Part shown: positions 60,885 through 64,000 of the stretch, in pieces
How positions within the stretch are numbered: position 1 is the first letter of the stretch
How the letters are laid out: the number at the start of each line of letters is the position of its first letter
Assembly (NCBI GenBank): GCA_977018835.1
Contig: OZ361257.1
Span: 3,038,001-3,102,000 of the forward strand
Source: Minutocellus sp. GHC0000111
Lineage: Eukaryota
DNA: 64,000 nt
Direction: 5' to 3'
Translations under genes and position numbers: made by a program
The notes under the pieces: generated by a model
Seen by the model: the letters and a program-made list of their open reading frames with translations, nothing else
What the model was told of the DNA's origin: nothing
Database searches by the model: none

Positions 60885-61310
60885 CAGGTGCAAGGAATCT
60901 CTGTTGATTGGCTAATTGCGGCCATCTAGTTCCACAAAGAGTGAAAGATCATCGGTAACACAAAAAGGGATTGCTCTCTGAAAGAGAACACTGATGTAAA
61001 CGCAAGGTGCTGTTCACCCAAAACATGATGGTGAAGGTGGAGCTTCCCCGACCATTGCTTAGGAGTTCCCCCGAAGCTAGAACAGGTGGTGCCGGCAAAG
61101 GCGACCGGCTGTCAGTTCTGGTCTCGGGAGCTCCCCTAAACAATCGGAGAAGCTCCATCTTCACCACATTTTGGGTGAACAGTGTTTACGTTTATGTTTG
61201 TGCTTGATCAGTGTTCTCTTTCAGAGAGCAATCCCTTTGTGTTGCCGACCTCTTTGTGGAACTTGACAGTCAGTCACAACTAGCCAATCAACAGAGATTC
61301 CTTGCGTCTG
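60885..61310. repeat. Long imperfect inverted repeat (foldback), arms about 195 bp, loop about 30 bp
   Basis: Examples: GCAAGGAATCTCTGTTGATTGGCTA / TAGCCAATCAACAGAGATTCCTTGC and AGGGATTGCTCTCTGAAAGAGAACACTGAT / ATCAGTGTTCTCTTTCAGAGAGCAATCCCT. Confidence 0.93.
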
Positions 61311-61979
61311 CCTGCTCTAGCAGCATTGCTAGCCAGCCATCGGCTGTCACCACCACCTTCTGATGACGTGAGACAGCTGGGGCGTTGCATGCAAGGTCTC
61401 TGCAATTTCGGCTTGCTCAACGGGGGGCTTGTCAGAGAGCTGATGTGTAGTTGTAGACGACAAATGTGTCTGGAACCATGGACGTGTAGACCCATGAGTG
61501 CCTAAAAGCCACCTTGCAAACTTATGTAGTTAGATGCATGTAGGCTTGGCTGGGCGGATCCTCTCCCGTAGCTGCTACACAGGACGAACATGACGAACGA
61601 ACAAAAGGCAGCCAGCTTCCTTAAGATCTCCACCTCTCTGAGCAGCCTCTACTACATGTACACGTGCTGTGACTAGACTAGCTAGATCTTCCGCCTCTCC
61701 AGATCTGGAACTTGCTAGCTACGTAGCTACATGTACAAAGGTGACAAGAAGACACCAGCATCGCACGGCACACGCAACGGCACCATGGCATGTACCTAGC
61801 TAGGTGAATCCTATTGTACGAACATCTAGATCTACGTGTAAAACCTAAAACACATACCCACGCCCAATCCAACTCAACCCTCCTTATGCATCAACACAAA
61901 TATCTCACCTAACCGGTGCAGTGCATCACCGGCAGCACCAGTCGTTCCAAAATAATATTCCTTGTACGTACTTTTCCCT

Positions 61980-63119
61980 TCACAATCGTCCCAGCCCATT
62001 GTTCTTTTTCTTCTTCACCGCCTTCTTCTTGCCATCGGCACCGATTTTCTTCATGCTATTGCCACTACTGCTAAGACCACCAGTATTGCTCCGACTCAAC
62101 ACATTGATGCCACTCGTCGATGAGAGGGATCTCATGGTATTATTGCTTTGAGAGGAACCGGCACTGCTACCCCCGACACCGCTGTTGCTGCTGCTACTAT
62201 TGGTAGTTCCTGTCGAAACACCCCGCTTCAGAGAACGCTTCACAGGAGAATCGGCATCATCAAGTGCTCCGGCCTTTTTAGCGTCATCACCGCCCACCGC
62301 ACTCTGGGAAGCGCTTGGCTTGGCATCAGCCATATTGCCGACCATAGCATCCTCTGACTCTTCATCTTCGTCGGCAGCCGATTCATAATCGAAGGGTGTC
62401 GGCCGTCCGTGGACGTCGGCCATGAGCCTAGCCCTCCGATGATACTCGTCATAAGATTCCATGAACAATTTGCCCGCTTCATCATTCAAGCTGGACTCGG
62501 GAAAGGGCACGATGAGGAGGCATCGGATCACAGAAAGAACGTGCGAAAATGTAGTAGTGGCCGTCCAGTCCTTTTTGAGCGTATTGACGCAAATAGCGCC
62601 CGAGCTAGCCTCGACGTTGGGATGGTATATTTTGGTGAGGAAGAAACCCCGGGGAGGGGAGGCGGGGAAATCGGCCGATAGGACCAGTTTGAGCTGAAAA
62701 TGCTTGCCCTCGAAGGGAGTGCCAGTGGGTCCCTCGATCTCGGCCTAAATAAATCAAAGATCGGGATGAGAGGGAGAGAGGCGGGCAGGGGTGCGGGACG
62801 CAACGAAAGGATCGTGAGTGGTGCGCAAGGCAAAGGAACGTCCAAATAGATTCTCGGACAAGTGAATCGAAATCATGGTTCAGCCAGCCGCAAGCAATTC
62901 ATGCTCTCAAATCAGTCAATTCCACTCGACTCGACTCGACTCGACTCTATGACTCGTACTCACCATGAGAGAGTCCAAAGAGGTGGGCATGCCTGTCTCA
63001 GGGTCAGTCACCAGCTTGATTCCATCCGGCGGGTTCGATAGCAAGCTTTTCACTTCTCTTGCCACTCTGGCCAGCGTGCGGGGGGGCAGATTCTCGGACG
63101 ATCGGGCTGCAGAGGACAT
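61980..63119 (-). CDS. UBE2S: Ubiquitin-conjugating enzyme E2 S-like, 2 exons (intron about 62963-62745)
   Basis: SENLPP...[34 protein letters not shown]...[32 protein letters not shown] and a basic C-terminus ending ...GLGRL. Confidence 0.9.
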
Positions 63120-63690
63120 GGCGGTTGTTTGGTAGATTGTCGGTGTCGGGGAAGGGCAACAGAAAAAATGGAAATCAAATCGGCGTTGTGGGTACCGCAC
63201 GGTGGGGATGAGCTGGCGACGGTGGTTAGCAGCAGGCACTAAAACTGCATTCCTGTAGTGCCCAGTTTTTCTGCTGACCACCACCTTCGCCTCCTCTCGT
63301 CTCAACTGACCAAGCCACAACCATCTGCGATTGCTGCCGTTGCAATTGCTAAGTCAGCTTACAGTACCGGCTCCCAGAGCCTGTCTCTCTCTCTCTCTCA
63401 GTAGTTAGTTAGTTTTAAATTCCCTCAAACCCACCTCCTCACCCTCCAAGAAGTTTCATTACCGCCATCGATGCTATGCGTGGGCGTGGGGATTTTTCAG
63501 TTTTTGGCGTACGTACGTACGAGTTGTACGGCATGCGGAGCAACACACCAATGATGATGATGACGATGCGATGACGAAAGTCTCACGCCAACGCTCCTTA
63601 CCTGTACGAGTAGGAATCCTACATGCGTGCCGCAGCCATATTATACATGTACTAGATCCCTTATTAAGAGTTAGTTGTCGCCAAGGCAGC

Positions 63691-64000
63691 ATGCCGTCCC
63701 GTCCCATTGCGAGTGCTGTCGCTGCACTGCTTCCACTCATTTTGGTGGGCAGTGCCTTAGAGGTGTCGGCCTACGTGCACCAGCCGTTCCAACAACAACA
63801 ACAACAACAACGTTTTGCGACTAGAGCAGTATCGGCAGCGTCTTTTCGACCGCCTGTTCCAAGAGGTAACAGCAGACATGTGCCTCAGACCGACAACAGC
63901 CGTCGACATGGGCAGAAACCACTAATGTCATCCGCGGCGCCCGATGCCGTTGCATTTCCAACGCCCAGTGGGGAACGCAGCAGCGGCAACAGCAGTGTAG
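63691..64000 (+). CDS. 5' end of a gene with a signal peptide/possible plastid presequence (runs off the window)
   Basis: MPSRPIASAVAALLPLILVGSALEVSAYV... stays open to the end of the window. Confidence 0.55.
   Translation, partial: MPSRPIASAVAALLPLILVGSALEVSAYVHQPFQQQQQQQRFATRAVSAASFRPPVPRGNSRHVPQTDNSRRHGQKPLMSSAAPDAVAFPTPSGERSSGNSSV

Overview
This is eukaryotic genomic DNA from a diatom-like stramenopile, judged from short GT-AG introns, ASAFAP-type bipartite plastid presequences and a diatom-type OHCU decarboxylase/HIU hydrolase fusion. Host genes include two HSFs, three HMG-box factors, allantoin synthase, an M6 metalloprotease, the FTR catalytic subunit, an adenylate kinase, FabB, a deaminase, an LRR protein, Nup155, an MRS2 Mg transporter, ilvD, UBE2S and tRNA-Thr(UGU). 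Several transposable elements can be resolved by eye. (1) A CAC...GTG-ended Chapaev/Transib/RAG1-like element at 13337-15925 has bipartite terminal repeats whose spacers differ by exactly 11 bp, reminiscent of the 12/23 RSS rule. (2) An unusually large DD39D mariner at 42452-46014 abuts ilvD, whose first exon is missing. (3) A GAG...CTC-ended element at 57116-60490 is nested in a Copia RNase H/PPT/LTR remnant. A 1968-bp tandem array sits next to the tRNA and places the same upstream block in front of two different orphan ORFs, one with a GIY-YIG-like motif. There is also a ~420-bp foldback. Several single-base frameshifts in otherwise intact genes may be assembly errors. All family calls rest on motif recognition without database searches.
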